Below, one piece after another: positions 9,654 through 19,346 of a stretch of 64,000 nt of DNA (its first letter is position 1; every line of letters begins with the position of its first letter). The position numbers were made by a program, and so were the translations under genes. The notes below the pieces were generated by a model that saw nothing but the letters and a program-made list of their open reading frames with translations, had not been told where the DNA came from and searched no databases. Origin of the DNA: Ignavibacteriota bacterium. GTDB lineage: Bacteria; Bacteroidota; Ignavibacteria; Palsa-1295. The DNA lies in contig CAWCCK010000022.1 of the NCBI GenBank assembly GCA_963794025.1, positions 120,937 to 184,936 on the forward strand, in the 5' to 3' direction.

Positions 9654-10628
9654 TTGAAAATGATCTCAAAAAATGAGCTTGAAGAAATTCTGCCATTGAT
9701 AAATACCCGCGCGGCATATAAAGCTTTTCCTGATGCTTTGGAGAGTCCAGATTGGATTCCAGCCCTGGTCGAAGCTGGTTTATTCTCAAAACCTGCGGAA
9801 CCGGATATTCAAGCTACGGATTTTTTCGGGAAACCTTCCACGTCAATCGGCTTTCCTGAGTGGCCTCCCTCTCGTTACCTTGCAAGAATGGGTTCCACGA
9901 AAGATCCAGTTGTTCTTGATGCCATAAAAGCAATTCCCCAAAACGATAACATTTACATTCACTCCGACTTAATCGATGTGCTGCTTAATTATTCGCTTTC
10001 GGAAACCCGCACGATTGTTGAGAACGAATTAGATTGGATTCAGAGCCAGTCACAACTCTATCTGTACTATCCAGATAAAATCGTAAAATTAATAGAACAC
10101 GTACTTCCGGAGGATCCTTCGTTAGCCATTGAATTAACCGGTGCGGTATTCGCAGTAAATATGAAAGAGGATGAATTTGGTGGACGTCCTACTCGTAGGG
10201 AAGACCTCCTCAAGTTTGACGGATGGGAATACAATGAGCTGCTCAAACGCCTGTCGCTTTCGTTTGTGCAGGCGCAGTCCCTTGATTTTGCGAACTGGGT
10301 AATTAGCCAGCTTGAATTGATCCTGACTTCAATTGCACCAGAAACAAAAATTATTGCAGGTGTCCGAGATGATTTTTCATGGATTTGGCGCCAGACGATT
10401 GAAGAATCGGAAGAACATCATATCGATTGGAATGGACGAAATGCCTTAATTACATCTCTTAGAGAAACAGGTCTCGGATTTACATCATTGACTGGAAACG
10501 CGGCTTTAGGACTTATCAATCTTCTGAAGGAGAGTGAATGGATTATTTTCAAACGTTTTGGACTGTTTTTTGTCTCCACTAATCCAGAACGGTTCCCAGT
10601 TGAAACCCGAGAATATCTCTTAAAGTAG
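9654..10628 (+). CDS. Hypothetical alpha-helical protein. It may be the N-terminal part of a larger disrupted gene running to 12409.
   Basis: 324-aa ORF. The same frame stays open after a single TAG at 10626-10628 for about 109 more codons. A third frame, open from 10772, leads into the 10850 ORF. Confidence 0.4.
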   Translation: MKMISKNELEEILPLINTRAAYKAFPDALESPDWIPALVEAGLFSKPAEPDIQATDFFGKPSTSIGFPEWPPSRYLARMGSTKDPVVLDAIKAIPQNDNIYIHSDLIDVLLNYSLSETRTIVENELDWIQSQSQLYLYYPDKIVKLIEHVLPEDPSLAIELTGAVFAVNMKEDEFGGRPTRREDLLKFDGWEYNELLKRLSLSFVQAQSLDFANWVISQLELILTSIAPETKIIAGVRDDFSWIWRQTIEESEEHHIDWNGRNALITSLRETGLGFTSLTGNAALGLINLLKESEWIIFKRFGLFFVSTNPERFPVETREYLLK

Positions 10629-10849
10629 GAGAACTTTGATGTACCCGCTTTGCGCCATGAAGTACTTGATGCTGATGCGAGAGGGTTATCATCTTCTCGG
10701 CGACGAAGAGCGCATGGTAAATGGGAGTACATTGACGAAACGAAGGATTCAATTAAATATCAATGGTATAACTCGCTCAAGATTTCCGATCACCGCAACG
10801 GCAGGAACAGTTTCTTGCTTTTGCGGAGACCGAATATTCTCAAGAAAAT

Positions 10850-12409
10850 GTGTTTGAATTCCCGTTTGTGTTTAGCACACACATGGGAACTGTTAGCCCT
10901 ATATCCGCTGATGATTTGCTACAAAAATCAGATGATGATCTTATTGCGTACTTAAGAACTTGGCAGAGTGCTGATCAACTGAGAGAGCCAAACGTTGAAG
11001 GCCTTTCCGATGTCTTGGGGACAGCTGCAACAATTGATCCGGGACGAATAGGGAACCTCCTTTTGCAAATTGATGCAATTAACGAGCCGACTTTTCTCAG
11101 TTCTGCACTCCGAGGACTTGTCGAGGCTTTGCGCGGGGCAGCAACATTTGATATTAATTCAATTTTGAGGGCTTGCTTAACAATTGAATTTGGTGATCGT
11201 CAAACTCGATCTCAAACGCCCCAATCGGGGGAAGACCTCGATCGCAACTGGACATGGTCTGCATCTTGCGCTCTCGATTTCGTTCGAACTTCCATAGATG
11301 GCGATAAGCTAAATCATGAAGCATTGCCATTGGCGTTGGATGTGATTGCGAAGCTTATCAATCATCCTAATCCAACTGTGGAGGAAGAGACCAGTCGTTT
11401 GGCTTATGAAGACCCCCTTACAATCGCAATAAATTCGACCAAGGGCAAAGCTACAGATGCACTTCTCGCACTTGCGCGATGGTGTGCCACTAAGAATTTG
11501 CTAGAACAATACCGCGAGACATTTGAAAACATCTTTTCCTTAAATATTTCGGAAGATCAGAAATCTCTCGCTGTCCGCGCGGTTTATGGAATGAATTTAA
11601 TACCGTTGCTTTCTATCTTTCCTGACTGGACAAAAGCTTCTTTGCGTCTGATTTTTCCTGATAATATAGTCGAATTCCTTGCAGCATGGCAAGCGTATAT
11701 TGTTTACTCTAACCCCCAGGTACAATTCCTTGGTGCGTTGAAAATTTATTATGAACGAAACATAGAAATTTACCGAGAAGGACTTAATCCAAATCTTGGG
11801 CGAATGATTGAGGACCCAGGGATGCGTCTGGCAGATCATTTCGCTTCGATATGTATCAATTCGGAATGGGAACTTACGGAACCGCTCCTATCCACTTTTT
11901 TTAATTCCGTTGATTCAAAATATAAGGCTGAATTCTGGCGTTACATCGGTAGAAATTTGTCTACATTCGGTGAAAAGTGGCCAAGGAGTCTATTGGCTCG
12001 CATGGCTAGATTCTGGACATCAAGACGTGAAACGAATGAAATGACTCGTGAGGAGGCATTAACTTTTGGTTGGTGGGTAATTTGCAGATCATTTGATACT
12101 GGATGGGCATTGCAAGAGCTTGAATACGCTTTAACTCGATCTGATGCCTCAGGAATTGAACGTTCGGATCAATGTATCGAGTTTATTGCCAATGCATCCG
12201 CTACGCATCCCGAAAGTTCGCTCTCCGCACTTATAGCGTATCTAAAAACGCTCACAAATGGATATGAGGCTGCTTATCTTTCCGGTCACATAAAAATAAT
12301 TTTGAAGAACTCCTTGCCGAAGTTCGCGGATGAGGTTGACACTGCTGTCGATCTCTTGGTAGGTCTCGGTTTGCTTGAGTTTAAAAGCTATCCAAGTGCT
12401 GCCAACTAA
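10850..12409 (+). CDS. Hypothetical large alpha-helical protein (GTG start), possibly continuous with the 9654 ORF.
   Basis: 519-aa ORF. Its upstream frame reads LAQDFRSPQRQEQFLAFAETEYSQENVFEF..., which also looks like coding sequence. The region is AT-rich. Confidence 0.4.
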   Translation: MFEFPFVFSTHMGTVSPISADDLLQKSDDDLIAYLRTWQSADQLREPNVEGLSDVLGTAATIDPGRIGNLLLQIDAINEPTFLSSALRGLVEALRGAATFDINSILRACLTIEFGDRQTRSQTPQSGEDLDRNWTWSASCALDFVRTSIDGDKLNHEALPLALDVIAKLINHPNPTVEEETSRLAYEDPLTIAINSTKGKATDALLALARWCATKNLLEQYRETFENIFSLNISEDQKSLAVRAVYGMNLIPLLSIFPDWTKASLRLIFPDNIVEFLAAWQAYIVYSNPQVQFLGALKIYYERNIEIYREGLNPNLGRMIEDPGMRLADHFASICINSEWELTEPLLSTFFNSVDSKYKAEFWRYIGRNLSTFGEKWPRSLLARMARFWTSRRETNEMTREEALTFGWWVICRSFDTGWALQELEYALTRSDASGIERSDQCIEFIANASATHPESSLSALIAYLKTLTNGYEAAYLSGHIKIILKNSLPKFADEVDTAVDLLVGLGLLEFKSYPSAAN

Positions 12410-12455
12410 GTCGCAAGCGTGGTGTAACTCCACACGTTTGCATTTCAACGACCCA

Positions 12456-12480
12456 GGACGTGCGCAGCACGTCCCTACGG
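12456..12480 (+). repeat. REP-like hairpin GGACGTGCgcaGCACGTCC followed by CTACGG.
   Basis: Perfect 8-bp stem with a 3-nt loop. A near-identical reverse-complement copy lies at 55061-55085 (cgtagggacgtgctgtgcacgtcc). Confidence 0.55.
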
Positions 12481-12564
12481 TTAAACCCGACGTGCTTCTG
12501 CGCGCCGAAACTTCCCCTCCCCGCTCGCGGTTAAATCCCATGATTCTTCTTTTACACTTTCATC

Positions 12565-13347
12565 ATGAACTTCATTTATACTATTTCTCTTCCGCTGCTT
12601 GCGGCGTTATCGGTTGTCATTGCCGTAGCATTGTCGCTTGGCGGGCTTGCGCTGTTTCACCGCATGGTGAATACCGACGAGCTTCGGGAAAGCCACGATG
12701 TCGCCGGTTTTGTGTATGCTGTCGTCGGCGTGATCTACGCGGTACTGCTGGCGTTCGTGGTGATCGTGGTGTGGGAACAGTTCCGCAATGCGGATGACAT
12801 CGCGGAGAACGAGGCCATGCACATCGGTAATGTCCGTCAGCTTGCGAAAGCGTTCCCGGATTCTGTTTCCAAAGCGATCTCGACCAACGTGGAGGACTAC
12901 GCGCAATCGGTCATCACGCGCGAATGGCCGGCGATGGCCCAGGGCCACTCCGATCGTCAGACGTATGAGTATTCGAAAAAACTGTGGAACACGTTTTACG
13001 AATTTCATCCTTCGCCGACGGAACAGCCGTATTACAACGAAGCCTTGCGGGAACTCACAAGCTTTAACGATGCTCGGCGTTTGCGCATTATCGGTATCGA
13101 TGGAACGATGCCGACGATCATGTGGACGCTGCTCTTAGGCGGTGGAATTATTTGCATCGGGTTCACGTATCTATTTGCTACGCCGCATAAGTTTACGCAA
13201 TACCTCATCACGGGTCTTCTCGCTGCGATGATCGCCGTCACGCTGTTTCTGATCGCGGAGATGAACCATCCCTATCGCGGCGGCATGAGCCTCCAGCCGG
13301 ACGGATTCGAATTCGTGCTGCACGGCCCGGCTGCACTGAAGGAGTGA
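12565..13347 (+). CDS. DUF4239-family (bestrophin-like) membrane protein.
   Basis: Two N-terminal TM helices and two C-terminal TM helices. The motifs GFVYAVVGVIYAVLLAFVVIVVWEQF and EA.HIGNV are typical of DUF4239. Confidence 0.55.
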   Translation: MNFIYTISLPLLAALSVVIAVALSLGGLALFHRMVNTDELRESHDVAGFVYAVVGVIYAVLLAFVVIVVWEQFRNADDIAENEAMHIGNVRQLAKAFPDSVSKAISTNVEDYAQSVITREWPAMAQGHSDRQTYEYSKKLWNTFYEFHPSPTEQPYYNEALRELTSFNDARRLRIIGIDGTMPTIMWTLLLGGGIICIGFTYLFATPHKFTQYLITGLLAAMIAVTLFLIAEMNHPYRGGMSLQPDGFEFVLHGPAALKE

Positions 13348-13359
13348 GGAATCTGTGTT

Positions 13360-13788
13360 TCAGACTGGAACGTTTCTCCAATTACCGATCTCAAGATCGA
13401 AGCCAAGATCGCGTATTCGCTGAAAGTGACGCTCATTTCCGGTGATGAGTGGAAGACGATAGAGGATGGCTGTTGCCGCAATAATTGGATCAATGACGCC
13501 AATCGGAATTCCGCGCCGATCGAGTTCGGCGAGTATCTGTCCGGCAAGCTGGGCTTCTTCTGTTCTTATGGGAAGAATCTCGTGTGCTTCGAATACTTCA
13601 AGTAAGGTTGGAAACGCTTCTGGATGTCGTGTTCGGTGAAGTCCTTTTGAAACTTCGAGCACGGTTGCAGCGGATAACGTCAGAACTCCATGCTCGGACA
13701 AATAAGATTTAGCAACACGTTTTACGGAAAGACATCTGCCTTTAACTACCTCGGAAAAAATATCGGTATCGAGCAGGGACTTATCCAT
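13360..13788 (-). CDS. vapC: PIN-domain ribonuclease toxin VapC.
   Basis: N-terminal LLDTDIFSE with a conserved Asp, PIN-like acidic residues (IDPIIAATA...TGNERHF), about 140 aa, and a small upstream partner gene. Confidence 0.7.
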   Translation of the reverse strand: MDKSLLDTDIFSEVVKGRCLSVKRVAKSYLSEHGVLTLSAATVLEVSKGLHRTRHPEAFPTLLEVFEAHEILPIRTEEAQLAGQILAELDRRGIPIGVIDPIIAATAILYRLPLITGNERHFQRIRDLGFDLEIGNWRNVPV

Positions 13789-13790
13789 TA

Positions 13791-14006
13791 TTATTCATTT
13801 GGTGCGCGAAGCGGGAGGGAACGGGTGTGAATAACGTCAACCATCATCTCGTCAATAATATCTGGCCGGTCGGCAAAGAGACCGATAGGATTTTTAGCCG
13901 ATGGACGTAACGGCTTCTCATGCTCGACAAGATTGCGCACATATTTCTGCGAGCGATAATCGCAATGCTCGCGCTTGGCGTTCTGCGCGATCGAATGTCC
14001 GATCAT
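13791..14006 (-). CDS. Putative VapB-type antitoxin. The start codon is uncertain.
   Basis: Small ORF abutting vapC (3-nt gap). The C-terminal segment NPIGLFADRPDIIDEMM resembles VapB/Phd C-terminal tails. Confidence 0.4.
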   Translation of the reverse strand: MIGHSIAQNAKREHCDYRSQKYVRNLVEHEKPLRPSAKNPIGLFADRPDIIDEMMVDVIHTRSLPLRAPNE

Positions 14007-14159
14007 CTAATTCTACTTGTTTCATTTAATATCTTAAAGGTAAATGTGCAGGATTGGTTTCCACAGCAATTTCTCTGTGCCGTAAAAACGACGGTGCATC
14101 CGAATCAAAATCCCCCTACCACTGTTTCACACCAGCTTTTAACTCAACCCCTAATAAAT

Positions 14160-15557
14160 ATGACTCATAAATGTTTTTGCTGGGCGTGCATACTCGGCGC
14201 GCTTCTCTTAATGGGAATGCTGGTTTCGAGTAATGCCAATGCGCAGACCGCTCCGTTCGTAGAAAAAACGCTGGCGAATGGTTTAGATGTGATCGTCGTC
14301 GAAAACCACATGGTTCCCCTTGTGACGATCGAGCTTGTCGCGAAGAACGGCAGCTTCACCGAGCCGCCGCAATACAACGGCCTCTCGCATTTGTACGAAC
14401 ACATGTTCTTCAAAGCGAATCAGAAATTGCCGTCGCAGGAGCAATTTATGAATGGCTTGGAAGACTTGGGCGGCTCGCTCGGCGTCAGCAACGCAACGAC
14501 GAATCAGGAGCATGTGAACTATTTCATTGTCATTCCGAGCCGGAATATGGATGGGGGAATGGATTTCATGTCCAACGCGATCCGCACGCCGCTCTTCGAT
14601 TCGAATGAATTGAGGAAAGAGACGCACGTCGTGCTCGGCGAGTTCGACCGTAATGAAGCACAGCCGGATTTCAAGCTGCGTTACGCGATGGATTCCGCCG
14701 TGTGGTCGCCGGAATTATTTAGCCGCAAGCAGCAGCTTGGCTTGCGTCCGGCCATTCTTGCCGCCACGCCGGAAATGATGCACACGATCGAGCATCGCTT
14801 TTATATTCCGAACAACATGGCGCTTGTCATTGCAGGCGATGTGAAGCCGGAAGAGGTCTACAAAGAAGCCGAAAAGTATTTCGGACAGGGAATGTGGCCG
14901 AAAGGTCCTGCGCCATTTCCGAAATACGATCCGCCGCCGTTCCCGCCGATCAAAAAGCAGCTGGTTGTCCGCGAAGGAGCGGAGATGCCCTATACGGAGG
15001 TTGACATGACCTGGCAAGGCCCAAGCCTTGGGAAGGATAATGCCGATAGCTATGCCGCAGATGTGTTCCATACTATCATCGGCGAGCGGAATAGTAAGTT
15101 CCAGAAAGACTTAGTCGATAAGCGGTTGGCCTATCAGATAAATTCGGGATGGTTCTCGGAAAAAAATGTCGGCCCGATCATGATTACTGGTTACGTTCCC
15201 ATCAACGCCACAAAGAAAGCGATCAAAGCCATTCAGGATGAGATCACACATTGGACGGATCCCGATTATTTCACCGACGAAGAGCTTGCAACCGCCAAGC
15301 GCATCATGGAAGGCGACCGGATTTACGAAACGGCTTCCGCTACGGAATTTGCAACGAACACGCTCCCATTATGGTGGGCCTCTGCCGGGCTTGATTACTA
15401 TATCCATTATATCGAGAACGCGAAAAAAGTTACCCGCGCCGATATTAATCGTTATCTCAATCGGTGGATCGAAGGAAAACCCTACGTGCTCGGCGTAACC
15501 ACCAACCAAGCTGCACTCGATAAACTTAATCTCAAGCCGGAGGATCTTTTACAATGA
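14160..15557 (+). CDS. M16-family (pitrilysin/insulinase-like) zinc peptidase, the active subunit. It has a signal peptide; the start is chosen at MTHKCF.
   Basis: Inverted zinc-binding motif HLYEHMFFKA (HxxEH) and signal peptide CILGALLLMGMLVSSNANAQ. Confidence 0.8.
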   Translation: MTHKCFCWACILGALLLMGMLVSSNANAQTAPFVEKTLANGLDVIVVENHMVPLVTIELVAKNGSFTEPPQYNGLSHLYEHMFFKANQKLPSQEQFMNGLEDLGGSLGVSNATTNQEHVNYFIVIPSRNMDGGMDFMSNAIRTPLFDSNELRKETHVVLGEFDRNEAQPDFKLRYAMDSAVWSPELFSRKQQLGLRPAILAATPEMMHTIEHRFYIPNNMALVIAGDVKPEEVYKEAEKYFGQGMWPKGPAPFPKYDPPPFPPIKKQLVVREGAEMPYTEVDMTWQGPSLGKDNADSYAADVFHTIIGERNSKFQKDLVDKRLAYQINSGWFSEKNVGPIMITGYVPINATKKAIKAIQDEITHWTDPDYFTDEELATAKRIMEGDRIYETASATEFATNTLPLWWASAGLDYYIHYIENAKKVTRADINRYLNRWIEGKPYVLGVTTNQAALDKLNLKPEDLLQ

Positions 15558-16858
15558 AAACGTTAACACTTCTTATATTTTCCGCGCTCTTTGTTGCCTC
15601 AACCTCTTCGGCGCAATCGCCGAACGACGTGCAGGATTTCACCAGCCACGGCATCCACGTTATTCTTCGCACGACGAACGCCAATCAGGTGATCGGCGCG
15701 GTGCTTGGGTTCCAGGGCGGGCTTGCGTATAAAGAAACGGATAATGCCACCATTGCCAGAGGAACCGCGTCGCTCATCGCTGCAAGCGGGAGCGATAAAT
15801 TCCCGAAATCTGCGTACAACGATTCGCTCGCCGCGCTTTCAACGACGATCGCCGGCACTGGGAGCCTTTATCAGATGTCGTTCACACTGCGGACGATCCG
15901 CCCGAGCTTCAATTCGGCGTGGAATATCTTTGCCGATCTGCTGACGCATCCGCATTACGATTCGCTTGAAACCGATAAGCTGAGAGAACAGGCCATCAAG
16001 GCGATCGAAGGCCGCGACGCCGATCCCGATAGCTATTCGGCATTCTTGGCCGATAGTATCTGGAGGGGAACTTCCCGCTTGAATCGTGTTGCCACTGTGG
16101 ACGAAGTGAATAACTTGAGCATTGCGGATCTCATGCAGTACCGGAATAATCAGTTCCAGCGTTCGCGCATGGTGTTGGTTGTGGTCGGTGATGTTTCGCG
16201 CAAAGAGCTGGAAGAAAAGCTTGCCGCGCTCAATGGATTGCCACAAGGTAATTTCTCGTGGCCGAAGATCGAAAAGCTCAAACCTGTCACCGATGCGTTT
16301 AAATTCGTTCCGAAACCGGCAGATTTCCCGACGACCTATATGAACATGCGTGCCGCTTCGGATAATTTGAGTGAGCAGGGATGGTGGGCCGAGCGCGTGA
16401 TGCTCGAAATCTTCGATGCACGGCTTTTCGATGAAGTTCGCACGAAACGGAATCTTTCCTATTCGCCTGCCGCGTATGCGACGGGGAACTACTCTAATTT
16501 CGCCATCGATGTTTCCTTGCAATCCGTGCTGCCGGATTCAGCGGCGCATGTGATCTTCGACGAGATGCGCAAGTTGCAGAATAACGAGGTCAGCCCAACC
16601 GATCTGCGTCACGCAAAAGAAGGGCGCATCACGACGTTCTATTATGTGGCGCAGGAAAATTTGCGTCAGGCGCAAAGCCTTTATACCGATCAGGTCGAAG
16701 GCGGCGATTGGCGGGTCTTTTTCAAGATCGTTCCCGAGACGGAGAAAGTTACCGCTCCGGAAGTGCAAGCTGCTGCAAAAGAATTCCTGCACGGCCTTAC
16801 GTTCGTGCTGATGGGTCCCGATGGCAAATCGAATCGGGATGTCTATCATTTCGAGTAA
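15554..16858 (+). CDS. M16-family peptidase partner subunit. It lacks the HxxEH motif and has a signal peptide.
   Basis: Overlaps the upstream M16 gene by 4 nt. It has the M16 C-terminal-domain architecture but no HxxEH motif. Confidence 0.65.
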   Translation: MKTLTLLIFSALFVASTSSAQSPNDVQDFTSHGIHVILRTTNANQVIGAVLGFQGGLAYKETDNATIARGTASLIAASGSDKFPKSAYNDSLAALSTTIAGTGSLYQMSFTLRTIRPSFNSAWNIFADLLTHPHYDSLETDKLREQAIKAIEGRDADPDSYSAFLADSIWRGTSRLNRVATVDEVNNLSIADLMQYRNNQFQRSRMVLVVVGDVSRKELEEKLAALNGLPQGNFSWPKIEKLKPVTDAFKFVPKPADFPTTYMNMRAASDNLSEQGWWAERVMLEIFDARLFDEVRTKRNLSYSPAAYATGNYSNFAIDVSLQSVLPDSAAHVIFDEMRKLQNNEVSPTDLRHAKEGRITTFYYVAQENLRQAQSLYTDQVEGGDWRVFFKIVPETEKVTAPEVQAAAKEFLHGLTFVLMGPDGKSNRDVYHFE

Positions 16859-16873
16859 TGTAGCGCAAATAAT

Positions 16874-16897
16874 GTAGCGCAAACTTCAGTTTGCGAT
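16874..16897 (+). repeat. Palindromic repeat GTAGCGCAAACTTCAGTTTGCGAT, preceded by a tandem partial duplication aatgtagcgcaaat.
   Basis: A reverse-complement copy lies at 46775-46800 (atcgcaaactaaagtttgcgctacat). Confidence 0.5.
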
Positions 16898-17134
16898 CCA
16901 CACATTTATCGGCCCGCGAGAAGCGGGCCGATCTGTTTTAAACCCTGTCATTTCTACCGCTCTTGGGTTTCGGATGCGCTTGGAGGCATCGAGAATTTCG
17001 ATACTTACAATGTTTCCATCGGCATCGTAATCGAGGATTACACCCGGCTTGTCCTCATCGCTCTCTGTTTCGCTGAGTTCGATATTAAGAATATCCACTT
17101 CTTGATCGTATGTTACTTTCATTCGGCCCTCCAA
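16886..17134 (-). CDS. DUF2283-family protein, the putative antitoxin partner of DUF4258.
   Basis: 82 aa; the segment VDILNIELSE...ILDYDADGNIVSIEILDAS is typical of DUF2283. Confidence 0.6.
   Translation of the reverse strand: MEGRMKVTYDQEVDILNIELSETESDEDKPGVILDYDADGNIVSIEILDASKRIRNPRAVEMTGFKTDRPASRGPINVWIAN
16911..16940 (+). terminator. Rho-independent terminator after the M16 peptidase pair.
   Basis: GGCCCGCgagaaGCGGGCC stem-loop followed by gatctgtttta. Confidence 0.7.
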
Positions 17135-17157
17135 TATTTTGCAATCTTGCCTGTTCG

Positions 17158-17379
17158 CTAGACCGTCCGCACGGTTGGCGGTACGTCTGCTATATCTACA
17201 ATTACCCGCACCAAATAAGTTCTGCCATTGGAAAAGACCTTTCGCGCCGGATAGCCTTTTCGTCCTCTTCGCTCGGGAACGATCTGCTCGGGATCATCAA
17301 GGGTTTGCTCAACAAACTCTATCGGAATTTGTCGTTTTGCGATCTCCATAAGGGCATGTTCGGTGAATCGGAAGTTCAT
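17158..17379 (-). CDS. DUF4258-family putative toxin. The start is taken at MNFRFTEHAL.
   Basis: The segment FTEHALMEIAKRQI...VPERRGRKGYPARKVFSNGRTYLVRV matches DUF4258, and it sits directly upstream of the DUF2283 gene. Confidence 0.6.
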   Translation of the reverse strand: MNFRFTEHALMEIAKRQIPIEFVEQTLDDPEQIVPERRGRKGYPARKVFSNGRTYLVRVIVDIADVPPTVRTV

Positions 17380-17381
17380 TA

Positions 17382-18581
17382 TTAATCCCGCTCGAACACG
17401 CCCGCAATGCCTTGCCCGACGCCGATGCACATCGTGGCAATGCCGCGCTTTACGTTCTTGCGCTTCATTTCGTAGAGGAGGGTTGCCACAAGCCTGCCAC
17501 CACTTGCGCCAAGCGGGTGACCGATCGCAATGGCTCCGCCATTTGGATTAACAATCGCGGGATCGAGGCCGAGTTCCCGAATCACGGCAAGACTTTGGGA
17601 AGCAAATGCTTCGTTCAATTCGAAGAGGTCGATGTCCTTCACATCAAGCTTTGCTCGCGTAAGCGCCTTGCGGACTGCATAGATCGGCCCCACTCCCATG
17701 CAGCGCGGCGAAAGCCCTTCGACGCCGCTTGCCACGTATCGTCCGAGCGGTTCCACGCCAAGCCGCTTTACAACTGCTTCGCTCACCACGACGACCGCGC
17801 TTGCGCCATCGTTCAAACTGCTGGAGTTCCCAGCTGTCACCGATCCGCCTTTGCGAAATGCCGGTTTCAGCGTTGCAAGCTTTTCTATCGTGGTGTCTGA
17901 GCGCGGTTGTTCATCTTGCGTGACAACCGTTTTTCCTTTTCGATTCTCGATGGTTACTTCGATAAGTTCATCGTTGTAATCGCCCCGTTCCTGCGCGGCA
18001 ATAGCGCGTCGATGCGATTCGAACGCGAACGCATCCTGATCTTCGCGCGCAACCTTCCATTGCTCCGCAACATTTTCCGCCGTCTCGCCCATGGATTCTA
18101 ATGGGAACATTGCTTCGTGGCGTGGATTGGGATAACGCCAGCCGAGCGCGGTGTCATAAGCGGGAATGTTTCCGAACACCGCGCCGCCCGATACATTTTT
18201 CGGCAGTGAATAGGGCGCGCGCGTCATGGATTCCACGCCGCCCGCGATAATAATATCGGCTTCGCCCAACTTGATCGCGCGCGATGCTTGAATGATCGCA
18301 TCCAGCGAAGAACCGCATAGCCGATTGACCGTCACGGCAGGAACCCGTTCCGGGAACCCGGCGAGGAGCACAGCCATGCGCGCTATATTACGATTGTCTT
18401 CACCGGCTTGATTAGCGCAGCCGAAGATGACGTCATCAATTTCTGCAGTGTCAATTCCCGCGCGTTCGGCCGCGGCTTTCATGACAAGCGCGGCCATGTC
18501 GTCGGGACGCAGGTCTTTAAGCGCGCCGCCATATTTCCCAAAGGGTGTGCGGCAGGCGGAGAGGATGTAGGCTTGTGGCAT
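17382..18581 (-). CDS. Acetyl-CoA C-acyltransferase (thiolase).
   Basis: Motifs [12 protein letters not shown] (active Cys), [17 protein letters not shown] and CIGVGQGIA; 399 aa. Confidence 0.85.
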   Translation of the reverse strand: MPQAYILSACRTPFGKYGGALKDLRPDDMAALVMKAAAERAGIDTAEIDDVIFGCANQAGEDNRNIARMAVLLAGFPERVPAVTVNRLCGSSLDAIIQASRAIKLGEADIIIAGGVESMTRAPYSLPKNVSGGAVFGNIPAYDTALGWRYPNPRHEAMFPLESMGETAENVAEQWKVAREDQDAFAFESHRRAIAAQERGDYNDELIEVTIENRKGKTVVTQDEQPRSDTTIEKLATLKPAFRKGGSVTAGNSSSLNDGASAVVVVSEAVVKRLGVEPLGRYVASGVEGLSPRCMGVGPIYAVRKALTRAKLDVKDIDLFELNEAFASQSLAVIRELGLDPAIVNPNGGAIAIGHPLGASGGRLVATLLYEMKRKNVKRGIATMCIGVGQGIAGVFERD

Positions 18582-18588
18582 TAATTAA

Positions 18589-18614
18589 GAATTACGAATT
18601 TCAAATTACGAATT
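18589..18614. repeat. AATTACGAATT tandem motif (2 units).
   Basis: Member of the dispersed AATTCGTAATT family (19308-19340, 31316-31342, 31933-31995, 37633-37657, 51224-51234). Confidence 0.55.
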
Positions 18615-18621
18615 GTAAAAA

Positions 18622-19308
18622 CTAAACGCTGGAAGGCGCGATAAATTTCATTCCAGCTTCTGCGTGTCTCCGCAAAAGCGTAGCTACGCGGTAACGCTCG
18701 GAACCATATTCTCCGGCGAGTGCGTCAAGGATAGCGACGATCGCTTCTGCGCCGATCTCATCGCACCACGCAAGCGGCCCTTTCGGATAATTCGTTCCGA
18801 GCTTCATCGCGGTGTCGATGTCTGCGGCCGTCGCAACAGATTCTTGTACCGCGAAGGCTGCTTCGTTAATTATCATTGCAAGCGTTCGTGGGAACACGCC
18901 AGCGATGGCATCTTTTATCTCTTCACCCGTCTTACCAAGCAATGTGAGAAACTTCCCGACAGTTTCGTTGTAGTGGCTGGGTTCCCCAGCCCGCACTCCG
19001 AAGGGAAACGAATATTCCACGCTTTTCTGTCGAGCAAAATAATGCGGCAGGATGGGCATCCCAATTATGTGCACACCTTTTTTCACAGCATGTTGCGCGG
19101 TGGTGGCGCTCAAGGTTAGCGTATTGGAAATGATGGGAACGTTGGTCTCGAATTTCGAGAGATATTCCGCTTTTTTCACAGGATCGAGAAACGTGAGGCC
19201 GAGCACAAGGTCGGGTTCGCTTGTTACGAGTTTGACATTCTCCATCCCCGAAAAATAGGATGTGAATGACGGAAGATACAGTTCATCCGCGAACAGTTGG
19301 ATTTTCAA
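18622..19308 (-). CDS. 3-hydroxyacyl-CoA dehydrogenase family protein with a divergent N-terminus lacking an obvious GxGxxG motif.
   Basis: The C-terminal segment AMKLGTNYPKGPLAWCDEIG matches the 3HCDH C-terminal domain, and the gene is adjacent to a thiolase. Confidence 0.5.
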   Translation of the reverse strand: MKIQLFADELYLPSFTSYFSGMENVKLVTSEPDLVLGLTFLDPVKKAEYLSKFETNVPIISNTLTLSATTAQHAVKKGVHIIGMPILPHYFARQKSVEYSFPFGVRAGEPSHYNETVGKFLTLLGKTGEEIKDAIAGVFPRTLAMIINEAAFAVQESVATAADIDTAMKLGTNYPKGPLAWCDEIGAEAIVAILDALAGEYGSERYRVATLLRRHAEAGMKFIAPSSV

Positions 19309-19340
19309 AATTCGTAATTCGTAATTTGAAATTCGTAATT
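19308..19340. repeat. AATTCGTAATT tandem motif (3 units).
   Basis: aaattcgtaattcgtaatttgaaattcgtaatt, in the orientation opposite to the 18589 copy. Confidence 0.55.
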
Positions 19341-19346
19341 AAAAAG

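Noticed and set aside
18622-19308. Calling this a bona fide 3-hydroxybutyryl-CoA dehydrogenase (hbd/paaH).
   Set aside because: Only the C-terminal dimerisation-domain motif is recognisable. The N-terminus lacks the GxGxxG NAD-binding fingerprint, so only a family-level call is given.
19290-19340. Possibility that the AATTCGTAATT arrays are a CRISPR array.
   Set aside because: Units are about 11 nt with no spacers of defined length. They are scattered as 2-4-unit blocks at many loci, and no cas genes are present.
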